Source of the DNA: Methanocaldococcus sp. 16A
GTDB taxonomy: Archaea > AGJL01 > Methanococci > Methanococcales > Methanocaldococcaceae
Length of the DNA: 64,000 nucleotides
Assembly (NCBI GenBank): GCA_049860595.1
Contig: CP187551.1
Direction: 5' to 3' (one strand)
The notes beneath the pieces were generated by a model. The model was not told the origin of the DNA. It saw only the letters and a list, made by a program, of their open reading frames with translations, and made no database searches. Below, piece after piece: positions 1 to 10,420 of this stretch (within the stretch, counting starts at the first letter, position 1; each line of letters begins with the position of its first letter). The position numbers and the translations under genes were made by a program.

Positions 1-6
1 ATATAT

Positions 7-741
7 TTGAATTATTTTGATAAATTAAAACTTAAAGATTATGAATATGCCATAGAAACTTGTGAAGGGGAGTTTAAGTATAGATTAAAAATTAATGAAA
101 AAGGATGTATATTATTAGAGAACAATCTATGCAAAGTTCATTTAGAAAAGGGCTATGAATTTAAACCACTAATGTGCATGATTTTCCCTTTTAGTTGTAT
201 GGTAAAATGGGATGGAACACCTCTTTTAATAATAAAACATTACTGTAAAGGAATTAAAAAAGGAAATATTGATAAAAAAGTTATTGACGAAACTATAGAA
301 TTAATAAAAGAACTCTATTTTGATAAATTTGAGGAGATTATAGAATGTGGAATGGAACATAGTAGTAAAACAGAAATATTTGAGAATTTTAGAGTTGATT
401 GGGAAGAGAGAGAAGAGTTTGGAAGATATATTTTCAGCAGTAAAACATTTGATGAAATGTTTGAAAGATGCAAAGAAATTTTTGGTAGCAATGTAAATAT
501 CCTAAATCTCAAAAAATTTGATGAAATAAAAAAGAATTTATTAAGATACAACACCAAAGAGAATGAGGAAGAAATTTTAAGATATTTATTAGAGATAAAT
601 AGGAGGGAACATTTTAGAAAACTTCCTTTCTATATAGAGGTTAATAAACTCTTGGATATAGGAGCTTATCTTACTAAATTCAAAAATGTATTTGAGGGGG
701 AAGGGGAAGTTGATAAAAAATTATTCCTAAATCAACTATAA
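7..741 (+). CDS. YkgJ-type cysteine-cluster (putative Zn/Fe-chelating) protein; may extend 5' of the window
   Basis: GCILLENNLCKVH...KPLMCMIFPF...C pattern typical of the YkgJ/CxxCxxCC family; TTG start at the window edge. Confidence 0.65.
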   Translation: MNYFDKLKLKDYEYAIETCEGEFKYRLKINEKGCILLENNLCKVHLEKGYEFKPLMCMIFPFSCMVKWDGTPLLIIKHYCKGIKKGNIDKKVIDETIELIKELYFDKFEEIIECGMEHSSKTEIFENFRVDWEEREEFGRYIFSSKTFDEMFERCKEIFGSNVNILNLKKFDEIKKNLLRYNTKENEEEILRYLLEINRREHFRKLPFYIEVNKLLDIGAYLTKFKNVFEGEGEVDKKLFLNQL

Positions 742-894
742 AGTTTTATATTTGTATTCTTAACAATAGCTCTACTAAAATACTAATACATAACATAAAT
801 TTTAATATATGCCCTAAAATAATTATAATCAACGAATAATTACAATTCATGTATCAAAGATTCTACGTTAATTAATCTTATTTGGTGAAATAAT

Positions 895-1860
895 ATGGAA
901 ACAAAAAACAAAAAAGTAAAAGAAAATATGGAAATCTCCGATATATTATTATCACTAACTTACATAATTAAGTCGTATGAATGCCGGGATAAAGGTAATT
1001 TTTTAGAATCAATATATTATCTCGATAAAGCGTTAGAACTAAACCCTAATTTAAAATTTGCAAACTTTTTAAAAGCAATTTCTTTAGTAATTTTAGGGGA
1101 TATCCAAAAATCCACAAAATACCTTGAGGAGATTACAAAAGATTCTAAAGACCCTATGGCCTATGCTTTATTAGGACAATGTTATGAACTTTTAGGAAAT
1201 TTTGACAAAGCATTAGAATGTTATGAAAAATCATTAGGATTTGAAGAAAAATTTGCTACTGCATTTTTCCTTAAAATTTTATGTTTAGGACTTTCAGGTA
1301 AATATGATGAAGTATTAAAATGTTGTAATAGGTTAATATCCTGCACACCAAACTTTATTCCTGCATATATAATTAAAGCAAACATGTTACGTAAGTTAGG
1401 GAGATATGAAGAAGCTTTAGTTTGTATAAATAAAGTGTTAGAGCTAAAAGAAAATGATAAAAACGCCATATATTTGAAGGCATTAATTTTAAAGAGAACA
1501 GGTAAATATGATGAAGCACTAAAATATTATGAAAAGCTTATTGATGATTTAAATGTAACTTGGATTGAGGTGATTAAAGAAGGGATTTATCTATCATTTC
1601 TATTTAATAAGTTAAATCAGGCTGAGAGATATATTGAAATGGGACTAAAATTAAGACCAGATGACGCAAGTCTATGGTATTTCAAAGGCAGATTGTATGA
1701 AAAGCAAAATAAACCTGAAGAAGCTTTAAAATATTATGACAAAGCAATTCAACTTATACCTCACCATACAAAAGCTTTACTCGCTAAAGCAAGAGTATTA
1801 GAAAAATTAGGAAGAGTAAAAGAATCCTTAGAATACTACAATCAAGCACTTGATAGATAG
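895..1860 (+). CDS. Tetratricopeptide repeat protein
   Basis: Repeated TPR units (ALECYEKSL, LGRYEEALVCINKVLEL, EEALKYYDKAIQL); GGTGA RBS upstream. Confidence 0.9.
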   Translation: METKNKKVKENMEISDILLSLTYIIKSYECRDKGNFLESIYYLDKALELNPNLKFANFLKAISLVILGDIQKSTKYLEEITKDSKDPMAYALLGQCYELLGNFDKALECYEKSLGFEEKFATAFFLKILCLGLSGKYDEVLKCCNRLISCTPNFIPAYIIKANMLRKLGRYEEALVCINKVLELKENDKNAIYLKALILKRTGKYDEALKYYEKLIDDLNVTWIEVIKEGIYLSFLFNKLNQAERYIEMGLKLRPDDASLWYFKGRLYEKQNKPEEALKYYDKAIQLIPHHTKALLAKARVLEKLGRVKESLEYYNQALDR

Positions 1861-1890
1861 TGATTTTTTATATATTATAGGTGATATTTT

Positions 1891-2865
1891 ATGAATAATG
1901 ATAGACTGCTACCAAGAGTTAATGCTTTAGAAGCTACAACAAATGTTTTAAAAGCTTATAGAGAATTATTTGAAGGAAACCTATTAAAAGCTTTATATTA
2001 TATTGATAAAGCATTAGAATTAGAACCTGATTTTAGATTAGCTTTATTCTTAAAGGGATTAATATTAACAGCTAAAGGAGAAATAAATGAGGCTATTAAA
2101 ACTTATGAAAAATTAGTATATTTTGGAACAAAAAATCCAATTGTTTGGACGTTTCTTGGACAACTATATGGAACATCTGGCAAATGTGAAGATGCGTTAA
2201 AATGTTACGATAAGGCATTAGGTATTGAAAATAGATTTCCTTCTGCATTTTTATTAAAAACTATTTGTCTGGAATTTTTGGGAGAGTATAGAGAGCTATT
2301 AAAAACTTATGATGAGATACTATCTTATGCCCCAAAATTTGTTCCAATGTGGGTCAAAAAAGCTGAAGTCCTCAGAAAGTTAGGAAGATATGAAGAAGCA
2401 CTACTATGTTTAAATAGAGCCTTAGAACTAAAGCCATACGATAAAAACGCTTTATATTTAAAAGGTGTTTTACTAAAGAGAATGGGCAAACCTAAAGAAG
2501 CTATTGAATGTTTTAAAAAATTAATAGATGAACTAAATGTTAAATGGATAGATGCTATAAGGCATGCAGCTTCTTTAATGTTAGCTCTTGGAGACTTAAA
2601 AGATGCCGAAAGATACATAAATATGGGTTTAGAAATACGAGATGATGATGTGTATTTATTGTATTATAAAGGAGAGCTATATGAGCGATTAGGTGAATTA
2701 GACAAAGCAATAGAATGTTTTAATAAAGTCCTCAACCTATTCCCTCACTATACAAAAGCTTTGTTAAACATAGCTAGAATATATGAAAGACAGGGAGACA
2801 TTAAAAAGGCTATTGAATATTACAATAAAGCTATTGAAAATATACATAAAGACCATGAAGAATAA
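1891..2865 (+). CDS. Tetratricopeptide repeat protein, tandem paralog of 895..1860
   Basis: TPR units collinear with the upstream gene (LRKLGRYEEAL, DKNALYLK, PHYTKALL); GGTGA RBS. Confidence 0.9.
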   Translation: MNNDRLLPRVNALEATTNVLKAYRELFEGNLLKALYYIDKALELEPDFRLALFLKGLILTAKGEINEAIKTYEKLVYFGTKNPIVWTFLGQLYGTSGKCEDALKCYDKALGIENRFPSAFLLKTICLEFLGEYRELLKTYDEILSYAPKFVPMWVKKAEVLRKLGRYEEALLCLNRALELKPYDKNALYLKGVLLKRMGKPKEAIECFKKLIDELNVKWIDAIRHAASLMLALGDLKDAERYINMGLEIRDDDVYLLYYKGELYERLGELDKAIECFNKVLNLFPHYTKALLNIARIYERQGDIKKAIEYYNKAIENIHKDHEE

Positions 2866-2932
2866 TTAATACAAAGTACGTTTCATCTTTTTTTATTTTT
2901 ATATTCTTTATAATTTTCAAAATCAATTTTAA

Positions 2933-4912
2933 GTGGTTTTTATGGAATTTGAAAGATATATTAAAGAAAAGTTTCCATATCCAAAAATTAGAGGGCCTCA
3001 AAAAAAAATGATGCTAAAAATTTACGAATGTATAAAAAACAGGAGAAATTTAATAGTTGAAGCTCCTACAGGTGTTGGGAAAACTCTTGGCTACCTAATT
3101 CCAACTTTATATTTTGCAGAGAAAGGAAAGAGAGTTTTAATATTAACTGAAACAATAGACCAGCAGGTTAGGATATATGAGGATTTAAGCTCTCTAAAGC
3201 ATAATTTAAAGGTTGCATTTCTTATGGGTAAAAGTAACTTTATTTGCAAGTCAAAAGGAGGGAAGGCTAATAGATTATATTGCCAATTGAATAAAAAATG
3301 CCTATATCGACCAAATAAAAGGCCAATTTGTTATTGTGGAACAAAAAAACAGCAAATAAATTTAGGGGATAGGGTTATTTACTACTGTCCATTTTGTACT
3401 TGTGATTATCAAAAGGCAAAAATTGAGAGTATCTTAGCTGATATTATTGTAATGAACAACAGCATGTTTTACTATGCAAAGGAAGATATTGAGGCAAAAA
3501 GAGATATTGACATAATTATTTGCGACGAGGCTCACAAATTAGAAAATAGTATAAGAAATGCATCAACAATAACCATTAATCCAGATTTAGCAATTAATAG
3601 ATTAAAATATATGGCTATATACTATGCACCAAATATTTTAAAAAAGAGATTGGATATTGAAGATGAGAATTTTTGGAAAATTATTGAGAAGTATTTAACA
3701 AGTAGAGGTATAGATATAGATATTTGCAAAGATACTATTATTTATACTGGAGAAGATTTAAGTTCTTGGAAATATAAAACTGAATTGGCTGTGTTAGGAG
3801 CTATTTTAGATGGTTATTATCAAATAAACAATATAAAGTACAAAATATTAAGATTTAATGAAAATGAAGAAATTAGTAATAAGGAGCTTAAATTTGAAAT
3901 TGATAATAAGGCGTTAATTGCTATAGAGCTTGATTTTATCCATAAAAAGAGATTATCTGATATGTATCTTTTAGAATTTATAGAAAATATCAAAAATTTG
4001 AGATATATTAATGAAAACTATGTAATTTATAGAAGTGGAAATTCCTTATTATGTGAGCCAGTTTTTGTTAGCTCTCATTTAAAAGAGCTTTATGATAATG
4101 CTGTAGTTATTCACTGCTCAGCAACTATTGGAAATCTAAAAATGCATGCTTTGAAGACTGGAGTTGAAAAGCCGGAGTTTTTAATTTTAGAAAGCCCATT
4201 TCCAAAAAATAGGAAGAAAATTATAGCTCTAAAAGATGGCGTTGATATGAAGTATGAAAAAAAAGATAGAGAAAAAGCAAATAAAAATTTGTTAAAAATA
4301 TTGGAAGCAATAAATGGAAATTCATTAGTTCTATTTAAAAGCTTTGAGGATTTAGATAGTTTTTACAAATTCCTAAAAAAAGAAATAACAAAAACAAATA
4401 TTAAAAATAAAAATATTCACGTGTATGAGCAGGGAATGGATGGAAAGGAAGCTAAAGAGCTAAAAGAAAGGTTTGAAAAAATTGGAGGGATTTTATTAGC
4501 AACTGGAAGATTTGCTGAGGGTGTTGATATCCCTGGGGAGGCATTGGTTGGGGTTGTTATAGATGCTTTACCTTTCCCTGTTCCTACACCTTTAATATTA
4601 AGAGAACAAAGAATATTAGAAGAGAAATTTAAAAGTAGAGGTATTAGAGATGCTCATTGGAGAGCTTTTTTAATGACATCATTTGATAGAATGGCTAGGA
4701 CTTTAGTACAAATGATTGGAAGATTAATAAGAACAGAGAATGATTATGGAGTTGTAGTTATACAAGATAAGAGGTTTGCAGATTGGGCTGGGAGAGTTAT
4801 GAAAGAAAAAGGTTATTTAAAAGATAATTATGATGTTATGAGTTTAGATATGGCTATAAAATATATTCCAAAGTTTATGAGCCAGTTTAGAATAGGACTT
4901 TCGCAGGAATGA
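2933..4912 (+). CDS. ATP-dependent DNA helicase, XPD/Rad3/DinG family
   Basis: Walker A APTGVGKT, DEAH box, SAT, EGVDIPG, QMIGRLIR; Cys-rich Fe-S region. Confidence 0.9.
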   Translation: MVFMEFERYIKEKFPYPKIRGPQKKMMLKIYECIKNRRNLIVEAPTGVGKTLGYLIPTLYFAEKGKRVLILTETIDQQVRIYEDLSSLKHNLKVAFLMGKSNFICKSKGGKANRLYCQLNKKCLYRPNKRPICYCGTKKQQINLGDRVIYYCPFCTCDYQKAKIESILADIIVMNNSMFYYAKEDIEAKRDIDIIICDEAHKLENSIRNASTITINPDLAINRLKYMAIYYAPNILKKRLDIEDENFWKIIEKYLTSRGIDIDICKDTIIYTGEDLSSWKYKTELAVLGAILDGYYQINNIKYKILRFNENEEISNKELKFEIDNKALIAIELDFIHKKRLSDMYLLEFIENIKNLRYINENYVIYRSGNSLLCEPVFVSSHLKELYDNAVVIHCSATIGNLKMHALKTGVEKPEFLILESPFPKNRKKIIALKDGVDMKYEKKDREKANKNLLKILEAINGNSLVLFKSFEDLDSFYKFLKKEITKTNIKNKNIHVYEQGMDGKEAKELKERFEKIGGILLATGRFAEGVDIPGEALVGVVIDALPFPVPTPLILREQRILEEKFKSRGIRDAHWRAFLMTSFDRMARTLVQMIGRLIRTENDYGVVVIQDKRFADWAGRVMKEKGYLKDNYDVMSLDMAIKYIPKFMSQFRIGLSQE

Positions 4913-4984
4913 ATTTTTTATTGAATATAGACACCTAAAGGTGTCAAAGTTCCTTTATTACATATAAACTGCGAAAGTCCTATT
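4891..4984. repeat. Palindromic MITE-like element, subfamily A, copy 1
   Basis: Perfect 16-bp inverted repeat AATAGGACTTTCGCAG (4891-4906) / CTGCGAAAGTCCTATT (4969-4984); internal hairpin GACACCT-AA-AGGTGTC (4930-4945). Confidence 0.9.
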
Positions 4985-5058
4985 GAAATTAAATTTTTAT
5001 TTTTTAACTTTTAATCTGTAAATTTAAATTAATTAATATAATATTCAAAAATAAAAAA

Positions 5059-5136
5059 TGGTAGGGCGGCGGGGATTCGAACCCCGGACCACTCGGTTAT
5101 CAGCCGAGCACTCTAACCAGGCTGAGCCACCGCCCT
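5059..5136 (-). tRNA. tRNA-Ile (GAU), CCA encoded
   Basis: Minus strand AGGGCGG...CTCGG-CT-GAT-AA-CCGAG...GGTTCGAATCC...CCGCCCT-A-CCA; full cloverleaf. Confidence 0.97.
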
Positions 5137-5170
5137 ACAACTCAAAGCAAAAATTAGATAATAATAACTA

Positions 5171-5187
5171 ATATATATACTTTTCGG
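5171..5187 (-). promoter_or_regulatory. BRE-TATA promoter of tRNA-Ile
   Basis: Minus strand CCGAAAAG-TATATATAT about 35 nt upstream of the tRNA 5' end. Confidence 0.6.
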
Positions 5188-5207
5188 TTATTTGTGAATC
5201 TAAATTT

Positions 5208-5846
5208 TTATTGTATTGGTACTACTCTAACATTATCATAATAAGCTCTGCCTCCTCCAATCCCTATACCTCCTTTGAGGATTGGTGTGTTATTATCAGT
5301 ATATTCAATATATTTCTGCCCTCCTGCAAGAAAGATTATTTTATTATTCTTTGCTATAACTGTATATCTATAAAAATCAGTTCCTGCAGGAGCTGCATCA
5401 TATGACTCTGCTAATTTTTCTACTTTAGTCCCATTAAATTTATAAAGTATATAACCTCTATCGTATCCTTCTAATTCTATGTAATAACCTGCTTGTGCAT
5501 TATTTATTAATCTAAAGTATATTTTTGGACAGTCACTATCCTCAAATCGTTTTATATCAACAATAAATTTAAAATTAGTGTAATTTTTGTCAATATAAAT
5601 TATTCCATTGTTTATTGGAACTGCAACGTTATTTATTGTTTTTTTATCCTCACTCATTATACTATCAATCTTAAAACCTCCTTCTTTAACTTTCCATTCT
5701 CCAAATGGTGCTTTTTCTCCTATGGAGTAGGAAGAAAAGTCATCATAAAATTCTTTAGGAACAATTTCAAAGCAGCCACATAATCCAATATATACAATCG
5801 GAATTATTAAAGCTACAGTTAGTTTTTTAAGATTCATTATACTCAC
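5208..5846 (-). CDS. Putative lipoprotein with a concanavalin A-like/DUF1080-like beta-sandwich domain
   Basis: Hydrophobic N-terminus ending LCGC (lipobox-like); YDDFS, GGIGIG...YYDNVRV beta-sandwich motifs. Confidence 0.55.
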   Translation of the reverse strand: MSIMNLKKLTVALIIPIVYIGLCGCFEIVPKEFYDDFSSYSIGEKAPFGEWKVKEGGFKIDSIMSEDKKTINNVAVPINNGIIYIDKNYTNFKFIVDIKRFEDSDCPKIYFRLINNAQAGYYIELEGYDRGYILYKFNGTKVEKLAESYDAAPAGTDFYRYTVIAKNNKIIFLAGGQKYIEYTDNNTPILKGGIGIGGGRAYYDNVRVVPIQ

Positions 5847-6979
5847 CTAGTATTAGCACATTTATACATTGCTTCTATAACATTCTTTAATGTTGTATTA
5901 GTTTTTATTCCTTTTGGATTGTAATGGGTTACTGTAGCTTCAAATCCCATTTCTTTTAATTGATTTATTATATCCTGCATTGGGGGGACTGAAATCTTTA
6001 ACATTTTTCCTATTTGATGAGTATCATAACAACCAATTTGATTTATATTAGCCTCTCCCTTAATTGCATTTAAAATCTTTAAAACTCTTTCACTACATTT
6101 TCTTTCCTCGGCTATTTTTAAAGCCTCTTCAACAAGAGCTTTATCATATAAATTACCAATATACAATGGCCCAGAGAAACCTTTCTCATAACCTTCTTCA
6201 AATTTTTTAATTATTTTAACTCCATTAACATCCTTAACATAACCAAGCATTTCAAATATTTTATCAGCTCTTTTAGCTCCTCTATCTGTAACTAAATAAA
6301 TTCTAACATAATGGTCGGTTGCGTGGCAAAATATTGGTTTTAAAGCAATTTCATATTTTGTAGCCATTCTCATAACATATCCAACTAAAACTCTCAATGC
6401 AAACTCATGACAGTCCCTACCAAATAATGGATAAGCCAAATATTTCCTTAGACATGATTTTTTAGCTCTTCCACATAAAGCAGCTGTATCTGTTGCTGTT
6501 AAACAGAGCAAACCATTTCTTGTTACTAAAGCTCTAATTGCTTGGTCAATATATGGAGCTGGAGAACCAAACGGGTCTATATCAACAACATTGAAAAATC
6601 TAAAGTGTCTTGATAAAAATGTGTTAGCATCTTCATTAAAAACTTCTATATTTTTAATATCATTTAATTGGGCATTATTCAATATTTTTTCATAAGCTTT
6701 TGGATTTATATCATTTAGGAAAACCTTTAACTCTCCATCAAACTTAAGTTCTTTTGCATATCTAAGCCCTCTAATTCCACTCCCCGCTAAAGCATCACAT
6801 ACATAAAATTTATTCAACTTATGATATAAATTTAGAAATGCTTGAACTATCAATACACTTATATCTCTCCCTGTTTTCATTCTTGGGTTGTAAAAGACCT
6901 CATCCTTTTTTGTAACTGTTAATTTATCTGGAACTTCAAAAACTATATTTCCCTCTTTTAGAATCATATTATCACGCAA
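5843..6979 (-). CDS. trm1: tRNA (guanine-26,N2,N2)-dimethyltransferase
   Basis: VFYNPRM, DALAGSGIRGLRY, DIDPFGSP, TATDTAALCG; probable start ATG at 6967. Confidence 0.95.
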   Translation of the reverse strand: MRDNMILKEGNIVFEVPDKLTVTKKDEVFYNPRMKTGRDISVLIVQAFLNLYHKLNKFYVCDALAGSGIRGLRYAKELKFDGELKVFLNDINPKAYEKILNNAQLNDIKNIEVFNEDANTFLSRHFRFFNVVDIDPFGSPAPYIDQAIRALVTRNGLLCLTATDTAALCGRAKKSCLRKYLAYPLFGRDCHEFALRVLVGYVMRMATKYEIALKPIFCHATDHYVRIYLVTDRGAKRADKIFEMLGYVKDVNGVKIIKKFEEGYEKGFSGPLYIGNLYDKALVEEALKIAEERKCSERVLKILNAIKGEANINQIGCYDTHQIGKMLKISVPPMQDIINQLKEMGFEATVTHYNPKGIKTNTTLKNVIEAMYKCANTR

Positions 6980-7000
6980 AAAATATTTTTTGAAAAATTA

Positions 7001-7096
7001 TATAGGACTTTCGCAGGAATAAATTTTTAAAGGCATTTTTGATGCCTTTGGCATCATTTTTTCATTACTTAATATATATACTGCGAAAATTCTATA
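7001..7096. repeat. Palindromic MITE-like element, subfamily A, copy 2
   Basis: TATAGGACTTTCGCAG ... CTGCGAAAATTCTATA; internal hairpin TGATGCC-TTT-GGCATCA (7040-7056). Confidence 0.85.
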
Positions 7097-7203
7097 GTTT
7101 TGTGCAAAAGTATTTATGAATTATAAGGTATTAATGAACGTCTTCCTTTGGAAGGCGTTTAAATCTTTCATATAAAGTTTGATTTATTTTGCACAAAACT
7201 ATA
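7093..7203. repeat. Palindromic MITE-like element, subfamily B
   Basis: Perfect 17-bp inverted repeat TATAGTTTTGTGCAAAA (7093-7109) / TTTTGCACAAAACTATA (7187-7203); internal hairpin AACGTCTTCC-TTT-GGAAGGCGTT. Confidence 0.85.
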
Positions 7204-7265
7204 AAAAAGCTATAAATGAGAAAATTAATTTTAGTTTAAAAATAAAACTAAAAAATTTTATTATA

Positions 7266-10200
7266 TTATTTGTTTATCCTTTCAATGGTAATTTTAACAT
7301 TGTATTTCTCTCCATTTGGAGTCTTTATCTCCCAATCTTTTTCATAATCTGCTTTTATCTCATCAACAAATTCTCCTCTAACTTCTCTCTCAATAATCTC
7401 CTTAAATTCATTTAAATCGAGACCTTCAACTTTAACCTTAATTTTTTCTTCAATATCTAAATCCATATCTTTTCTCATTGCTTGAATTCTTCTTATAACT
7501 TCTCTCATTAACCCTTCTCTTATTAAATCATCAGTAATTTCAGTATTTATAAAGACAGTTCCCTTTGAAAATTCTACTCCAGCAATATGCTCAGGAATCT
7601 CTAACCTAATTTCAACATACTCTGGCTTAATCTCATATCCATCCAATATTACAGCTCCTTCTTTCAATTTTTCCATTAACTCCTTAGCATCTGCTTTATT
7701 CAATGCTTCAACAACCTTTGGAACTTCACTTCTATATCTCTTACCTAACTCCCTGTAGTTTGGTTTTATTATGTATTTGCTACCTTCAACTTCTCCAAAT
7801 TTGATATTTTTGACATTACCCTGCTCTTTTATTATGTATTCAAATCTCTCTACTGCCTTTTTAACTACTTCCCCACCAGCAATAGTTATTTCTTTTAATG
7901 GATATCTTAAGGTGTATTTTATTTTATCTCTTCCTCTGTAGATTGCATCAACTATATCTCTAACTATTGCCATATCTCTCTCTAACTCTTCATCAATAAA
8001 CTCTTCATCAACTTCTATTTTATTCATAAATATACTTTCTTCCATATCTTCTGTTTTTAAGTTTTGATATATTGCCTCAGCAGTGTGTGGAGCTACTGGA
8101 GCCATTATTATAGATAACTTTAATAAGACATAGTAGAGTGTTTGATATGCCGCTAATTTATCAGCATCATCTTTTTCTTTCCAGGTTCTGTCTCTAATCA
8201 ATCTAATATACCATCTACTTAAGTCATTTAATATGAAATCTTTTAATGTCCATGTGTATGTGTGGAAATATGGAATATCAAGGTTTTCAATTGCTATTTT
8301 GGCAACAGTATTTACTCTACTTAAAATCCATCTATCTTCATCTTTTAAATATTCAAAGTATTTTTCATCTGGTTTAAAGTTATCTAACACCATGTAATTT
8401 ACAGCAAACATGTAAGCATTCCATAGAGTGTTGAATAAGCTTAAAACATCATCCATTTCACTCCATACAAACCTTAAATCCTCCCAAACCTTGTTTGCAC
8501 TTAAAAGATAGAATCTTAACAAATCAGCCCCATATTTTTCAACAACATCATCTGGATTAACTATATTACCCAAACTCTTACTCATCTTGTCTCCATGCTC
8601 ATCCAAAGTAAAGCCATGCATTAAACATTTTTTGTATGGGATGTCATTGAATACAATAGCTGAAAGTGCATGTTGTGAATAAAACCACTTAGTAACTTGG
8701 TCATGTCCTTCTGTTATAAAGTCAGCTTTTTTTAATGTTTTTGAACCAATTGAAGCATAAGGAGCCAATCCAGAATCAAACCAAACATCTAAGACATCTG
8801 GAACTCTTTCCATTATTCCTCCACATTCACATCTCAATTTTATTTTATCAACTGTTGGTTTATGCAAATCTTTAATCTCTCCAACTTCATCTTTATTTAT
8901 CATTCTTTCCTTTAATTCTTCAACACTTCCCACAACTATATATTTTCCACATTTCTCACAAACCCAGACAGGGAGAGGGATTCCCCAATACCTTTGCCTA
9001 CTTATATTCCAGTCCCCAACAAACTTAACTCCATTTATATATCTGGTCTCAACCCAGTGAGGTATCCAACTAACTGTTTTTGCATGCTCTATAATATTAT
9101 CTTTAATCTTTGATATCTCCAAGAACCACTGCTCAGTAGCTCTAAACAAGAGAGGTGTTTTACATCTCCAACAGTGTGGATAACTGTGTTTTATTTTTCC
9201 AGCATAAACTAACAATCCTTTATCTTTTAGAGTCTCTATTATGCTATTATCTGCATCTTTAACAAAAATGCCTTTCCATTTTCCTTCTATGTATTTACCT
9301 TCATCATCTATTGGTGAATATATAGGCAGATTGTATTTTTTACCAACTTCAAAGTCCTCTTCCCCATGTCCAGGAGCTGTGTGAACTAAACCAGTTCCTC
9401 CCTCTAAGGTTACATGTTCCCCTAATACTATAGTATGAGCATTTTCTAATTTTGCAAATTCTTTTTGCTTCTCATTCTCATCCAATAATGGATGAATATA
9501 TTTTATTCCTTCTAATTCTTTTCCTTTAACCTTTTTAATTATTTTGTAGTTTTTGATGTTATTAACTTTCTTAGCTTTGTTTATAACCTCCTCAACCAAC
9601 TTTTCAGCAATAATCCAAACTTCTTTTTTGTCATCAAGTTCAACTTCTACATAAGCATAGTCATAATCAGGATGAACAGCTACAGCTAAGTTAGCTATTA
9701 AAGTCCATGGTGTTGTTGTCCAAATTACAACATAGGTGTTTTCTTCATTTGCTAATTTAAATTTTACATAAACTGAGGGGTCGTAAACTTCTTTATACTC
9801 TCCTCTAACTTCATGTTCAGCTAAAGCTGTTTCACATCTTGGACACCAATAAACGACCCTCAAATCTCTTGTTAATAATCCTTTTTCATGAGCAACTTTT
9901 AATGTCCACCAACCTATTTCCATATACTCCTTAGTTATTGGCATGTATGCATTTTCCCAATCTAACCAAACTCCTAAGTTTTTAAACTGATTTTCCATAA
10001 TTTCTTTGTGTTTTAAGGCGAATTCTTTACATTTTTCAATAAATTGTTCTACACCAATTTTTGTTTCTATCTCTTTCTTGTTTTTTATTCCAAACTCATT
10101 TTCAACTTTAACCTCTATTGGTAATCCATGCATGTCCCATCCAGCTTTATCTAAAACATTATATCCTTGCATTCTCTTAAATCTCAAATAAGTATCTTTA

Positions 10201-10385
10201 ATTATCTTATTCCATGCTGTCCCAAGGTGTATAGCTCCAGAACAGTAAGGAGGACCATCAACAAAATAAAATTCTTTATTTCCTTCATTCTTTTTCTTTA
10301 CTTTTTGATATATATCATTCTCTTCCCAAAACTTTTTTATCTTTTTATCCAACTCTCTAAAATTAACTGGCTCTACCTTTTCCAT
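7266..10385 (-). CDS. ileS: Isoleucine--tRNA ligase
   Basis: DGPPY..IHLGTA (HIGH region), GWDMHGLP, WTTTPWT, WNISRQRYWG, KMSKS. Confidence 0.98.
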   Translation of the reverse strand: MEKVEPVNFRELDKKIKKFWEENDIYQKVKKKNEGNKEFYFVDGPPYCSGAIHLGTAWNKIIKDTYLRFKRMQGYNVLDKAGWDMHGLPIEVKVENEFGIKNKKEIETKIGVEQFIEKCKEFALKHKEIMENQFKNLGVWLDWENAYMPITKEYMEIGWWTLKVAHEKGLLTRDLRVVYWCPRCETALAEHEVRGEYKEVYDPSVYVKFKLANEENTYVVIWTTTPWTLIANLAVAVHPDYDYAYVEVELDDKKEVWIIAEKLVEEVINKAKKVNNIKNYKIIKKVKGKELEGIKYIHPLLDENEKQKEFAKLENAHTIVLGEHVTLEGGTGLVHTAPGHGEEDFEVGKKYNLPIYSPIDDEGKYIEGKWKGIFVKDADNSIIETLKDKGLLVYAGKIKHSYPHCWRCKTPLLFRATEQWFLEISKIKDNIIEHAKTVSWIPHWVETRYINGVKFVGDWNISRQRYWGIPLPVWVCEKCGKYIVVGSVEELKERMINKDEVGEIKDLHKPTVDKIKLRCECGGIMERVPDVLDVWFDSGLAPYASIGSKTLKKADFITEGHDQVTKWFYSQHALSAIVFNDIPYKKCLMHGFTLDEHGDKMSKSLGNIVNPDDVVEKYGADLLRFYLLSANKVWEDLRFVWSEMDDVLSLFNTLWNAYMFAVNYMVLDNFKPDEKYFEYLKDEDRWILSRVNTVAKIAIENLDIPYFHTYTWTLKDFILNDLSRWYIRLIRDRTWKEKDDADKLAAYQTLYYVLLKLSIIMAPVAPHTAEAIYQNLKTEDMEESIFMNKIEVDEEFIDEELERDMAIVRDIVDAIYRGRDKIKYTLRYPLKEITIAGGEVVKKAVERFEYIIKEQGNVKNIKFGEVEGSKYIIKPNYRELGKRYRSEVPKVVEALNKADAKELMEKLKEGAVILDGYEIKPEYVEIRLEIPEHIAGVEFSKGTVFINTEITDDLIREGLMREVIRRIQAMRKDMDLDIEEKIKVKVEGLDLNEFKEIIEREVRGEFVDEIKADYEKDWEIKTPNGEKYNVKITIERINK

Positions 10386-10420
10386 TTAATCACCTCATGT
10401 TAGATATTATATCTAAGATT

